Part shown: piece by piece, positions 52,096 through 64,000 of the stretch
How positions within the stretch are numbered: the stretch's first letter is position 1
How the letters are laid out: each line of letters starts with the position of its first letter
Assembly (NCBI GenBank): GCA_002269645.1
Contig: NIVC01002117.1
Span: 61,886 to 125,885, forward strand
DNA: 64,000 bases
Reading direction: 5' to 3'
Source: Macrostomum lignano
Lineage: Eukaryota
Program-made: the position numbers and the translations under genes
Notes under the pieces: model-generated
Databases searched by the model: none
Seen by the model: the letters and a program-made list of their open reading frames with translations, nothing else
What the model was told of the DNA's origin: nothing

Positions 52096-54349
52096 AAGCC
52101 TCATATAAAAACTAATGAAAGTGTGTCATTTAAAAAATTAAGAAGCATCATGGAAGAATGAAAGAAGCGTAACGTAAAAATCAAAAGAAGCGTCATGTCA
52201 GACATGAAAGAAATGTCATATAAAAATTAAATGAAGCTATAGTACAGTGCTGTGCTGGGGAGAATTACTGAGACGTCAAGGCTCACAGAGAATAACTGAG
52301 ATTACAGGGGGGTTTCTGAGATGTTAAAGCAAAAGTCAGAAGCTACTTCAAAGTACATGTACTTTACTTAAGTTTTTTATTGCATTCTTTGTTGGCTTGC
52401 CACGGTGGGGGGGGGCGCTGATAGAAGAAGAGTCATGTAAAAATAAAAGGAGCACTATGTATACATAAAATAAAAGTCATGTCAAAGTTAAAAGATTCAT
52501 TTGGGAATTGCTACGATGTCAAAGCTTGGAGGGAATCGTTATAGTGCTGTGATTCTTAAAGAAGGAATCACTTAAATGCCAAGGCTTAGGGAAGAAGAAT
52601 TGCTGTGATTTCAAGGCTTTAGGTTGGGTGAAAGTTAGGTTTACGTCAGGTTTGGGTTGAGGGTTAGATTTTAGCGCGTTTCAAGGTTAACAGGGGATTT
52701 TTCAGATTTCAAGGTTTATGGGGGGCATCGCTGACATGTCAAGGCTTACGAGGGGAATCTATCTATCTATCTATAGCTGAGATGTCAAGGCTCACGGGGG
52801 AATAAATGAGATGTCAAGGCTAATGTCAGAAGCTACATGTAGTTTATTGGAAAAAAGTTATTACATTATTTGTTGGCTCCTCACGGGAGGGATCGCTGAT
52901 AGAAAAAGCGTAATGTAAAAAAAAAGAAGCTTCATGTCAAAGTTAAGAGATTCATTTGGGAATCCCTACGATGTCGAGGCTTGCAGGGAATCGCTATAAT
53001 GCTGTAGTAGTGCTATAGACTCTTAGAGAGAATTACTGAAATTTCAATGCTTTAGGGTTAAGGTTAGGGTTAGGGTTAGGGTTAGAAAATAGACAGATTT
53101 TTTAAGATTTCAAGGCTTGTGGGAGCATTGCTGAGATGTCAAGGGGGGAGTTGATATGTTAAGGCTTGTGGGGGGGATTGCTGACATGTCAAGGCTTACA
53201 AGGGTACTGGTAGCGTACTGAAGCATACTGGTAGAAGTAGCTCTGAAAGAAGGCAAGTATGGTTGAATTTCAATGTCTGTTATAAAATTCTGCACAAACA
53301 TGTTTTATTGGTACATAAGCCTGGAATTAAAATGAGAATTCGATTCCTAGCCCCCCTCCCTAAGAATTTTTTTTCATTTAAAAGGATTCGTCCCTTGCTT
53401 ATTGGCCACCCGAAGGCCATTTTTTATCAAAAATGATAAAAATAATTTTTATCAAACACGTTGACATATACAGGGCTCTAAACTAAAAACTGTAAAAAGT
53501 TGATAGTTTTGTTTTACATAAAATGCGTTATTAACGATCTCCAAAAATTCCTATTTTAAGCTTAAGCTTAAGAAAAACACTTAAAGTACTCCTGCTAAAA
53601 GGTATATTATATTAGACGAATATTAATTATTTCTGCTCCCCGAAGGGGGGCAAAACTTTAGCTAGTTCCATCCATATACTAAAAATGGTCTGTCGGTATG
53701 TGTGTGTGTGTATGTGTGTGTGTGATCGATTTTAGCAAAAACGGCTCAACCGATTTTCTTCGAACTTGCACTCTTCGATCAGAAATTTTCCCGTGACAGT
53801 ACATGCATCGTGGCTAAGAAATTGCTTGATGCTAAAGGGATTAAATATTCGAAAAACATGCTTTTTTGCAAAGGTCAAGCAGCTCTTTCGACTTGAAATG
53901 CATCGTAAGAATGCTAGCAGAAAAACTGACTGGTTGAATTCTGATTCTGAAATAGATTGCATCACAATACACTTTATTTATCGTCTGTGTACTGGCTGAA
54001 TTTGACACTCAATTGAATTGCGTCACAGCTTTGAGTGTGAAAGCATAGCGCAGTACTGAATTTATATTACGTAACCATATTGTAAACTTTCATAGACACT
54101 GGTACTGACTTGCCTAAGAAATTGATTATGTCATAACTGCTTCGTGAGACTTTTTACTCTACCTGACTTGGTGTGAGTGTTGAATTATATAAGTGGTACA
54201 ACATCACTGATAACTTCGATGAGAGCTAGCCTAGAGCTGAACAGACCAGACTGCTAATGCAGCGACCTAGGTTCGAATCTAAGTAGTTTAAAAGTAGTAG
54301 TGTAAAATTTTTTATTAAAAGGTTTTATTAAAGGACTAAATAAAAACAC

Positions 54350-56900
54350 TTAGATTACTGCACTCGATAAGCCAAGGATTATTGCTATTAATAAACCAAG
54401 GACTACTGCACTCGATAAACCAAGGACTATTGCTCTTGGCAAACCAAGGATTACTGCACTCAAGAAGCCAAGAATTATTGCACTTGGAAAACCAAGGATT
54501 AATGCACTCGATAAACCAAGGACTATTGCTCTTGGCAAACCAAGGATTACTGCACTCAAGAAGCCAAGGATTATTGCTATTAATAAACCAAGGATTACTG
54601 CACTTGGAAAACCAAGGATTACTGCACTCGATAAACCAAGGACTATTGCTCTTGGCAAACCAAGGATTACTGCACTCAAGAAGCCAAGGATTATTGCACT
54701 TGGAAAACCAAGGATTACTGCACTCAATAAACCAAGGACTATTGCACTTGATAGGCCAAAGATTACTGCGCTTGATAAACTAAGGATTATTGCACTTGAT
54801 AAACCAAGGATTATTGCACTTGATAAGCCAAGGATTACTGCGCTTGATAAACCAAGGATTATTGCACTTGATAAACAAAGGATTATTGCACTTGATAAAC
54901 AAAGGATTATTGCACTTGATAAACAAAGGATTATTGCACTTGATAAGCCATGGATTATTGCACTTGATAGTAAAGAATGTTGCACTTGATAAGCCAAGGA
55001 TTAATGCACTGGATTATTCAAGGATTATTGATATTAATAAACCAAGGACTACTGCACTCGATAAACCAAGGATTATTGCTCTTAATAAACCAAAGATTAC
55101 TGCACTTGGAAAAATAAGGATTACTGCACTCGATAAACCAAAGACTATTGCACTTGATAAACCAAGGATTATTGCACTTGATAGGCCAAGGATTACTGCG
55201 CTTGATAAACCAAGGATTATTGCACTTGATAAACAAAGGATTATTGCACTTGATAAACCAAGGATTATTGCACTTGATAAGCCAAGGATTATTGCACTTG
55301 ATAAGCCATGGATTATTGCACTTGATAGTAAAGAATGTTGCACTTGATAAGCCAAGGATTAATGCACTAGATTATTCAAGGATTATTGATATTAATAAAC
55401 CAAGGACTACTGCACTCGATAAACCAAGGATTATTGCTCTTAATAAACCAAGGATTACTGCACTTGGAAAACTAAGGATTACTGCACTCGATAAACCAAA
55501 GACTATTGCACTTGATAAACCAAGGATTATTGCACTTGATAGGCCAAGGATTACTGCACTTGATAAACCAAGGATTATTGCACTTGATAAGCCAAGGATT
55601 ATTGCACTTGATAAGCCAAGGATTATTGCACTTGATAAACCAAGGATTATTGCAGTTGATAAGCCAAGGATTATTGCATCTGATAAACCAAAGATTATTG
55701 CACTTGATAAACCAAGGATTATTGCACTTGATAAACCAAGGATTATTGCACTTGATAGGCCAAAGATTACTGCGCTTGATAAACCAAGGATTATTGCACT
55801 TGATAAACCAAGGATTATTGCAGTTGATAAGCCAAGGATTATTGCATCTGATAAACCAAGGATTATTGCAGTTGATAAGCCAAGGATTATTGCATCTGAT
55901 AAACCAAGGATTATTGCACTTGATAAACCAAGGATTATTGCACTTGATAAACCAAGGATTATTGCACTTGATAAACCAAGGATTATTGCTCTTGGCAAAC
56001 CAAGGATTACTGCACTCGATAAGCCAAGGATTATTGCTCTTAATAAACCAAGGATTACTGCACTTGGAAAACTAAGGATTACTGCACTCGATAAACTAAG
56101 GATTATTGCTCTTGGCAAACCAAGGATTATTGCACTTGATAGGCCAAGGATTACTGCACTTGATAAACCAAGGATTATTGCACTTGATAAACCAAGGATT
56201 ATTGCACTTGATAAGCCAAGGATTATTGCACTTGATAGGCCAAGGATTACTGCGCTTGATAAACCAAGGACTATTGCACTTGATAAACCAAGGATTATTG
56301 CAGTTGATAAGCCAAGGATTATTGCACTTGATAAACCAAGGATTATTGCACTTGATAAACCAAGGATTATTGCACTTGATAAACCAAGGATTATTGCACT
56401 TGATAGGCCAAGGATTACTGCACTTGATAAACCAAGGATTATTGCACTTGATAGGCCAAAGATTACTGCGCTTGATAAACCAAGGATTATTGCAGTTGAT
56501 AAGCCAAGGATTATTGCACTTGATAAACCAAGGATTATTTCACTTGATAAACCAAGGATTATTGCACTTGATAAACAAATATTGCACTTGATAAACCAAG
56601 GATTATTGCACCTGATAAGCCAAGGATTACTGCGCTAGATAAACCAAGGATTATTGCACTTGATAAACCAAGGATTATTGCACTTAATAAACCAAGGATT
56701 ATTGCACTTGATAAACCAAGGATTATTGCACTTGATAAACAAAGGATTATTGCACTTGATAAACCAAGGATTATTGCACTTGATAAGCCAAAGATTACTG
56801 CACTTGATAAACCAAGGATTATTGCACTTGATAAACCAAGGATTATTGCACTTGATTAATCAAGGATTATTGCTATTAATAAACCAAGGATTATTGCACT
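54350..56900 (+). repeat. 24-bp satellite, shifting to monomer CCAAGGATTATTGCACTTGATAAA
   Basis: Read directly; includes a ~360-bp internal duplication (about 54970 and 55330). Confidence 0.96.
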
Positions 56901-57019
56901 AGCTGAGAAGCTGATTACTGCGCTGTCTAAAAAAGAGATTATTGCGCTCGCTGAGACGTGGATTGTTGCACAACCTGAGAAAGCGATTATTGCATTAGCG
57001 GAAGTAACATTTGCACTAG

Positions 57020-57450
57020 CTACTTGCTGTCTCGTGGATGCTTGCTCTCGAGGGGGGATACTTGCTATTTGGGAGAGGGGTACTGGCTACATGCATGGGA
57101 TTCTTTCTATCCAGGGATGCTTGCTATTCAGGGATTCTTGCTATCTGCAGGATGCTTGCTATTTAGGGATTCTTGCTATCTGCAGGATGCTTGCTATCTG
57201 GGTGGATGCTTCTATAATATCTGGGGGGTGCTTGCTATCTGCAGGATGCTTCTATAATATCTGGGGGTGCTTGATATCTGCAGAATGCTTGCTATCTGAG
57301 TGGATGCTTGCTATCTGGGTGGATGCTTCTATAATATCTGGGGGGTGCTTGCTAATCTGCAGATGCTTGCTATCTGTGGTGATTCTTGCTATGAGCATTA
57401 GAGGATGCTTGCTATCTGCGATTGTTCACTTTTGGAGGGGGTTGCTTGCT
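57020..57450 (+). repeat. 18-19-bp GATGCTTGCTATCT minisatellite
   Basis: Read directly. Confidence 0.9.
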
Positions 57451-58304
57451 GTCTTGGGAATATTTTCTATTTAGTGAAACGATATTTTGTTGACTGTTTG
57501 TTAATTTTAGAGAAAAAGTGATTTTTTAATTTTGCAAACATCTTAGTCCGTGACAATTTTACACGAATAAGGTGATTTTTAAAATGTGAAGAAGGAATTA
57601 GTGTTTAAGAAAATGTGTTTTTTTATTGTTTTCCATGAACTATTTTTGCTCCTTTCTTATTGGGCGCCCCGAAGGGGGGCCGCACTAGATTGCTAGTCCT
57701 ATATACTAAAAATGAGTTGTCTGTATGTATGTATGTATATGGGTATGCGATTGATTTCAGAAAAAACGGCTCAACCGATTTTCTTCAAACTTGCATCATT
57801 CGATCAGAAATTTTCCTGGCACAGTACATGCATCTTGGCTAAGAAATTGCTCAATGTTAAAGGGATTAAATATTCGAAAAACACGCTTTTTTGCAAAGGT
57901 CAAGCAAAATTTTCGACTTGAAATGCATTGTAAGAATGCTAGAGAAAAAACTGACTGACTGAATTTCAATTCTGATAAAGATTGCATCACAACAAGTTGA
58001 AAACAGTGCCGAAGAAATGCACACACGACTTGATTGAAATTGCGTAACCATATTGCTAACTCGAAGTGAGACTGATACTGGCTGACTGAGAAATTGATTA
58101 TGTCATAACTTTTTACTCCAATTGACTTGCTGTAAGAATTGAATTATAAGGGCCACAATTCATGTTCTCCAATTGAAAAGAGATAGCCCTGATGCGAACA
58201 GACTGGAATGCTAATGTAGCGACCTGGGTTCGAGTCTTAGAAGCGCAAAATAATTTTTTTATTAAAACACCTTAAAAACTAAAAAACTGCTAAACATAAA
58301 AAAG

Positions 58305-61300
58305 CGCAATAGAAGAGCCACCATGTCAAACCTAAAGGAGCCACCATGTCGAACATTAAAGAACCACCATGTCGAACATAAAAGAGCCACCATATCGAAC
58401 ATAAAAGAGTTACCATGTTAAAAATTAAAGAGCCACCATGTCGAACATAGAAGAGCCACCATGTCGAACATAGAAGAGCCACCATGTCAAACATTAAAGA
58501 GCCACCATATCAAACATAAAAGAGTTACCATGTCAAACATTAAAGAGCCACATTGTCAAGCATTAAAGACCCACCATTTCAAACCTAAAATAGTTACCAT
58601 GTCAAACATTCAATAGCCACCATGTCAAACATTAAAGAGCCACCATGTCGAACATAAAAGAGCCACCATATTAAACATAAAAGAGTTACCATGTCAAACA
58701 TTAAAGAGCCACCATGTCGAACATTAAAGAGCCACCATGTCAAACATTAAAGAGCCACATTGTCAAGCATTAAAGACCCACCATTTCAAACCTAAAAGAG
58801 CCACCATGTCAAACATTAAAGAGCCACCATGTCGAACATTAAAGAGCCACCTTGTCAAATAAAGAGCCACCATTCGAAACCTAAAGAAGCCACCATGTCG
58901 AACATAGAAAGCCACCATGTCAAACATTAAAGAGTCACCATGTCAAACATTAAAGAGCCACCGTTTCAAACCTAAAAGAGCCACCATGTTAAAAATTAAA
59001 GAGCCACCATGTCAAACATAAAACAGACACCATTAAGAACATTAAAGAGCCACCATGTCAAATATAAAACAGCCACCATTTCGAAAATTAAGGAGCCACC
59101 ATTTCAAAAATTTAAGAGCCGCTATGTTAAACATTAAAGGGCCACCTTGTCAAATATTAAAGAGCCACCATTTCAAACCTAAAAGAGCGACCCTGTCGAA
59201 CATACAAGAGCCACCATGTCGAACATAAAAGAGCCACCATGTCGAACATACAAGAGCCACCATGTCGAACATAGAAAAGCCACCATGTCGAACATAGAAA
59301 AGCCACCATGTTAAACATTAAAGAGCCAATATTTCAAACCTAAAGGAGCCACCATGTCAAACATTAAAGAGCCACCGGTTCAAACCTAAAAGAGCCACCA
59401 TGTCGAACATTAAAGAGCCACCATGTCAAACATAAAACAGACACCATGTCAAACATTAAAGAGCCACCATGTCAAACATTAAAGAGCCACCGGTTCAAAC
59501 CTAAAAGAGCCACCATGTCGAACATTAAAAAGCCACCATGTCAAACATTAAAGAGCCACATTGTCAAACATTAAAAAGCCACCATTTCAAACCTAAAAGA
59601 GCCACCATGTCAAACATTAAAGAGCCACCATGTCAAACATTAAAGAGCCACCTTGTCAAATATTAAAGAGCCACCATTTCAAACCTAAAGAAGCCACCAT
59701 GTCGAACATACAAGAGCCACCATGTCAAACATTAAAGAGCCACCATATCAAACATAAAAGAGTTACCATGTCAAACATTAAAGAGCCACCATGTCAAACA
59801 TTAAAGAGCCACCATGTCGAACATAAAAGAGCCACCATATCAAACATAAAAGAGTTACCATGTCAAACATTAAAGAGCCACCATGTCGAACATTAAAGAG
59901 CCACCATGTCAAACATTAAAGAGCCACCTTGTCAAATATTAAAGAGCCACCATGTCGAACATAAAAGAGCCACCATATCAAACATAAAAGAGTTACCATG
60001 TCAAACATTAAAGAGCCACATTGTCAAGCATTAAAGACCCACCATTTCAAACCTAAAATAGTTACCATGTCAAACATTCAATAGCCACCATGTCAAACAT
60101 TAAAGAGCCACCATGTCGAACATTAAAGAGCCACCATGTCAAACATTAAAGAGCCACATTGTCAAGCATTAAAGACCCACCATTTCAAACCTAAAAGAGC
60201 CACCATGTCAAACATTAAAGAGCCACCATGTCGAACATTAAAGAGCCACCTTGTCAAATATTAAAGAGCCACCATTTCAAACCTAAAGAAGCCACCATGT
60301 CGAACATACAAGAGCCACCATGTCGAACATAGAAAAGCCACCATGTCAAACATTAAAGAGTCACCATGTCAAACATTAAAGAGCCACCGTTTCAAACCTA
60401 AAAGAGCCACCATGTTAAAAATTAAAGAGCCACCATGTCAAACATAAAACAGACACCATTAAGAACATTAAAGAGCCACCATGTCAAATATAAAACAGCC
60501 ACCATTTCGAAAATTAAGGAGCCACCATTTCAAAAATTTAAGAGCCGCTATGTTAAACATTAAAGGGCCACCTTGTCAAATATTAAAGAGCCACCATTTC
60601 AAACCTAAAAGAGCGACCCTGTCGAACATACAAGAGCCACCATGTCGAACATAAAAGAGCCACCATGTCGAACATACAAGAGCCACCATGTCGAACATAG
60701 AAAAGCCACCATGTCGAACATAGAAAAGCCACCATGTTAAACATTAAAGAGCCAATATTTCAAACCTAAAGGAGCCACCATGTCGAACATAAAAGAGTCA
60801 CCATGTTAAAAATTAAAGAGCCACCATGTCGAACATTAAAGAGCCACCATTTCAAACATTAAAGAGCCACCATGTCAAACATTAAAGAGCCACCGGTTCA
60901 AACCTAAAAGAGCCACCATGTCGAACATTAAAGAGCCACCATGTCAAACATAAAACAGACACCATGTCAAACATTAAAGAGCCACCATGTCAAACATTAA
61001 AGAGCCACCGGTTCAAACCTAAAAGAGCCACCATGTCGAACATTAAAAAGCCACCATGTCAAACATTAAAGAGCCACATTGTCAAACATTAAAAAGCCAC
61101 CATTTCAAACCTAAAAGAGCCACCATGTCAAACATTAAAGAGCCACCATGTCAAACATTAAAGAGCCACCTTGTCAAATTTAAAGAGCCACCATTTCAAA
61201 CCTAAAGAAGCCACCATGTCGAACATACAAGAGCCACCATGTCGAACATTAAAGAGCCACCATATCAAACATAAAAGAGTTACCATGTCAAACATTAAAG

Positions 61301-63230
61301 AGCCACCATGTCAAACATTAAAGAGCCACCATGTCGAACATAAAAGAGCCACCATATCAAACATAAAAGAGTTACCATGTCAAACATTAAAGAGCCACCA
61401 TGTCGAACATTAAAGAGCCACCATGTCAAACATTAAAGAGCCACCTTGTCAAATATTAAAGAGCCACCATTTCAAACCTAAAAGAGCCACCATGTCGAAC
61501 ATTAAAGAGCCACCTTGTCAAATATTAAAGAGCCACCATTTCAAACCTAAAGAAGCCACCATGTCGAACATACAAGAGCCACCATGTCGAACATAAAAGA
61601 GCCACCATATCAAACATAAAAGAGTTACCATGTTAAAAATTAAAGAGCCACCATGTCGAACATAAAAGAGCAACCATGTCAAACATAAAACAGACACCAT
61701 TAAGAACATTAAAGAGCCACCATGTCAAATATAAAACAGCCACCATTTCGAAAATTTAAGAGCCGCCATGTTAAACATTAAAGGGCCACCTTGTCAAATA
61801 TTAAAGAGCCACCATTTCAAACCTAAAAGAGCGACCCTGTCGAACATACAAGAGCCACAATGTCGAACATAAAAGAGCAGCTATGTAGAACATAAAAGAG
61901 CCACCATGTCAAACATAAAAAAGCCACCATGTCAAACATAAAAGAGCCAACATGAAGAACATTAAAGAGCCACCATGTCGACCATTAAAAGAGCCACCAT
62001 GTCGAACATACAAGAGCCACCATGTCGAACATAGAAAAGCCACCATGTCGAACATAGAAAAGCCACCATGTTAAACATTAAAGAGCCAATATTTCAAACC
62101 TTAAGGAGCCACCATGTCGAACATAAAAGAGTCACCATGTTAAAAATTAAAGAGCCACCATGTCGAACATTAAAGAGCCACCCTGTCGAACATTAAAGAG
62201 CCACCATGTCAAACATAAAACAGACACCATGTCAAACATTAAAGAGCCACCGGTTCAAACCTAAAAGAGCCACCATGTCGAACATTAAAGAGCCACCTTG
62301 TCAAATATTAAAGAGCCACCATTTCAAACCTAAAGGAGCCACCATGTCGAACATTAAAAAGCCACCATGTCGAACATTAAAAAGCCAACATGTCAAACAT
62401 AAAAGAGCCACCATGTCAAACCTAAAAAAGCCACCATGTCAAACATAGAAGAGCCACCATGTCAAACATAATAGAGCCACCATGTCAAACATTAAAGAGC
62501 CACCATGTCAAACATAGAAGAAGCCACTATGTCAACATAAAAGAGCCACCATGTCGAACATAAAAGAGTCACCATGTTAAAAAATTAAAGAGCCACCATG
62601 TCGAACATTAAAAGCCACCATGTCGAACATTAAAGAGCCACCATGTCGAACATTAAAGAGCCACCATATCAAACATAAAAGAGTTACCATGTCAAACATT
62701 AAAGAGCCACCATGTCGAACATTAAAGAGCCACCATATCAAACATAAAACAGACACCATGTCAAACATTAAAGAGCCACCATGTCGAACATTAAAGAGCC
62801 ACCATGTCAAACATAAAACAGCCACCATTTCGAAAATTAAGGAGCCACCATTTCGAAAATTAAAGAGCCGCCATGTTAACCATTAAAGGGCCACCATGTC
62901 AAACATTAAAGAGCCACCATGTCGAACATAAAAGAGCCACCATGTCGAACATTAAAGAGCCACCATGTCAAACATTAAAGAGCCACCGGTTCAAACCTAA
63001 AAGAGCCACCATGTCGAACATTAAAAAGCCACCGTGTCGAACATAAAAAAGTCAACATGTCAAACATAAAAGAGCCACCATGTCAAACCTAAAAAGCCAC
63101 CATGTCAAACATAGAAGAGCCACCATGTCGAACATAAAAGAGCCACTATGTCAAACATAAAAGAGCCACCATGTCAAACATAGAAGAGCCACTATGTCAA
63201 ACATAAAAGAGCCACCATGTCAAACATTCA
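58305..63230 (+). repeat. 23-bp satellite (AAAGAGCCACCATGTCAAACATT) with higher-order structure
   Basis: About 210 diverged units; variant blocks recur at 59025, 60451 and 61692. Confidence 0.96.
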
Positions 63231-63324
63231 GATATCCAATTTCAAATGTAAAGTATAAAGCGCCATGCCAATTTAAAGAGCCACTATAAAGCTAAGGAAA
63301 TTGTCGCTCTAGCTACTTATTGTC

Positions 63325-63885
63325 TGGTGGATGGTTGCTATTTGGGGATGCTATCTATCTTGGGGATGCTTGCTATTTGGAGGATGCTTGCTTTCTGGGG
63401 GATGCTTGCTATCTGGGGAATGCTTGCTATCTGGGGAATGCTTGCTATCTGGGGATGCTTGCTATCTGGGGGATGTTGCTATCTGGGATGCTTGCTATCT
63501 GGTGGATGCTTGCTATCTGAGGATGCTTGCTATCTGAGTGATGCTTGCTATCTGGGGGATGCTTGCTATCTGGGGTATGCTTGCTATCTGAGGGATGCTT
63601 GCTATCTTGGGGTATGCTTGCTATCTGAGGGATGCTTGCTATCTTGGGGATGCTTGCTATCTGGATGCTTGCTATCTGCGGAATGCTTGCTATCTGGGGA
63701 ATGCTTGCTATCTGGGGGATGTTGCTATCTGGGGGATGCTTGCTATCTGGGGGATGCTTGCTATCTGGGGATGCTTGCTATCTGGAGGATGCTTGCTATC
63801 TTGGGGATGCTTGCTATCTGGGAAATGCTTGCTATCTGGGAGAATGCTTGCTATCTGAGGATGCTTGCTATCTGGGGGATGCTTG
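63325..63885 (+). repeat. 18-19-bp GATGCTTGCTATCT minisatellite
   Basis: Read directly. Confidence 0.92.
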
Positions 63886-64000
63886 TGGTCTTGGGAAGAT
63901 TTCTTATTGCAATTCACTTCATTTGAGCAGTTTGTCTGTTGTCTTTGTGAAGGATTTTTTGGCTGTCTTTTTGTTAATTGTAGAGAACAGAGATTCTATC

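Larger units (their letters stand above)
47092..53665 (+). mobile_element. Helitron-like element 1 of tandem train (mosaic, 6.6 kb)
   Basis: A|TCCAATATACT start; shared 5' core; 3' hairpin TGCTCCCC-GAA-GGGGGGCA followed by CTAG (53662-53665). Confidence 0.8.
53671..57696 (+). mobile_element. Helitron-like element 2 of tandem train (4.0 kb)
   Basis: TCCATATACTAAAAATG start (may begin at 53667); 5' core with (TG)n; 3' GCGCCCC-GAA-GGGGGGC hairpin then CTAG at 57693-57696. Confidence 0.8.
57697..64000 (+). mobile_element. Helitron-like element 3 of tandem train (3' end beyond window)
   Basis: Starts TCCTATATACTAAAAATG directly after the previous CTAG; shared core; last ~110 bp resemble 57450-57520, which lies ~200 bp before element 2's end. 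Confidence 0.8.

Noticed and set aside
47773-56902. Long Leu/Ile-rich ORFs (up to 496 aa) resembling LRR or membrane proteins
   Set aside because: Direct translations of the 24-bp satellite; no unique sequence or splice context.

Overview
Eukaryotic (animal) genomic DNA, very rich in minisatellites; TTAGGG repeats and the overall style suggest an invertebrate such as a free-living flatworm (inference, not checkable here). Most ORF-track entries are translations of tandem repeats. Two real genes lie on the minus strand. (1) A complete 4-exon Src-family tyrosine kinase (45307->41296, 559 aa; MGC N-terminus, polyQ, SH3-SH2-kinase) whose activation loop has no tyrosine. (2) The 5' part of a PDE4/dunce cAMP phosphodiesterase: the common UCR1 exon (11273->11109) plus about nine candidate alternative ATG-first exons between 14 and 36 kb, all ending in phase-2 donors that fit the UCR1 acceptor. 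Both ends of the window are filled by a family of non-autonomous Helitron-like elements (5' TCC[T/A]ATATACT, 3' GC hairpin + CTAG, A|T target, no TSD). These share a ~600-bp 5' core ending in a tRNA-like A/B-box segment but carry different kb-scale satellite arrays; three form a head-to-tail train from 47092 to the window end, including an exact CTAG|TC junction.
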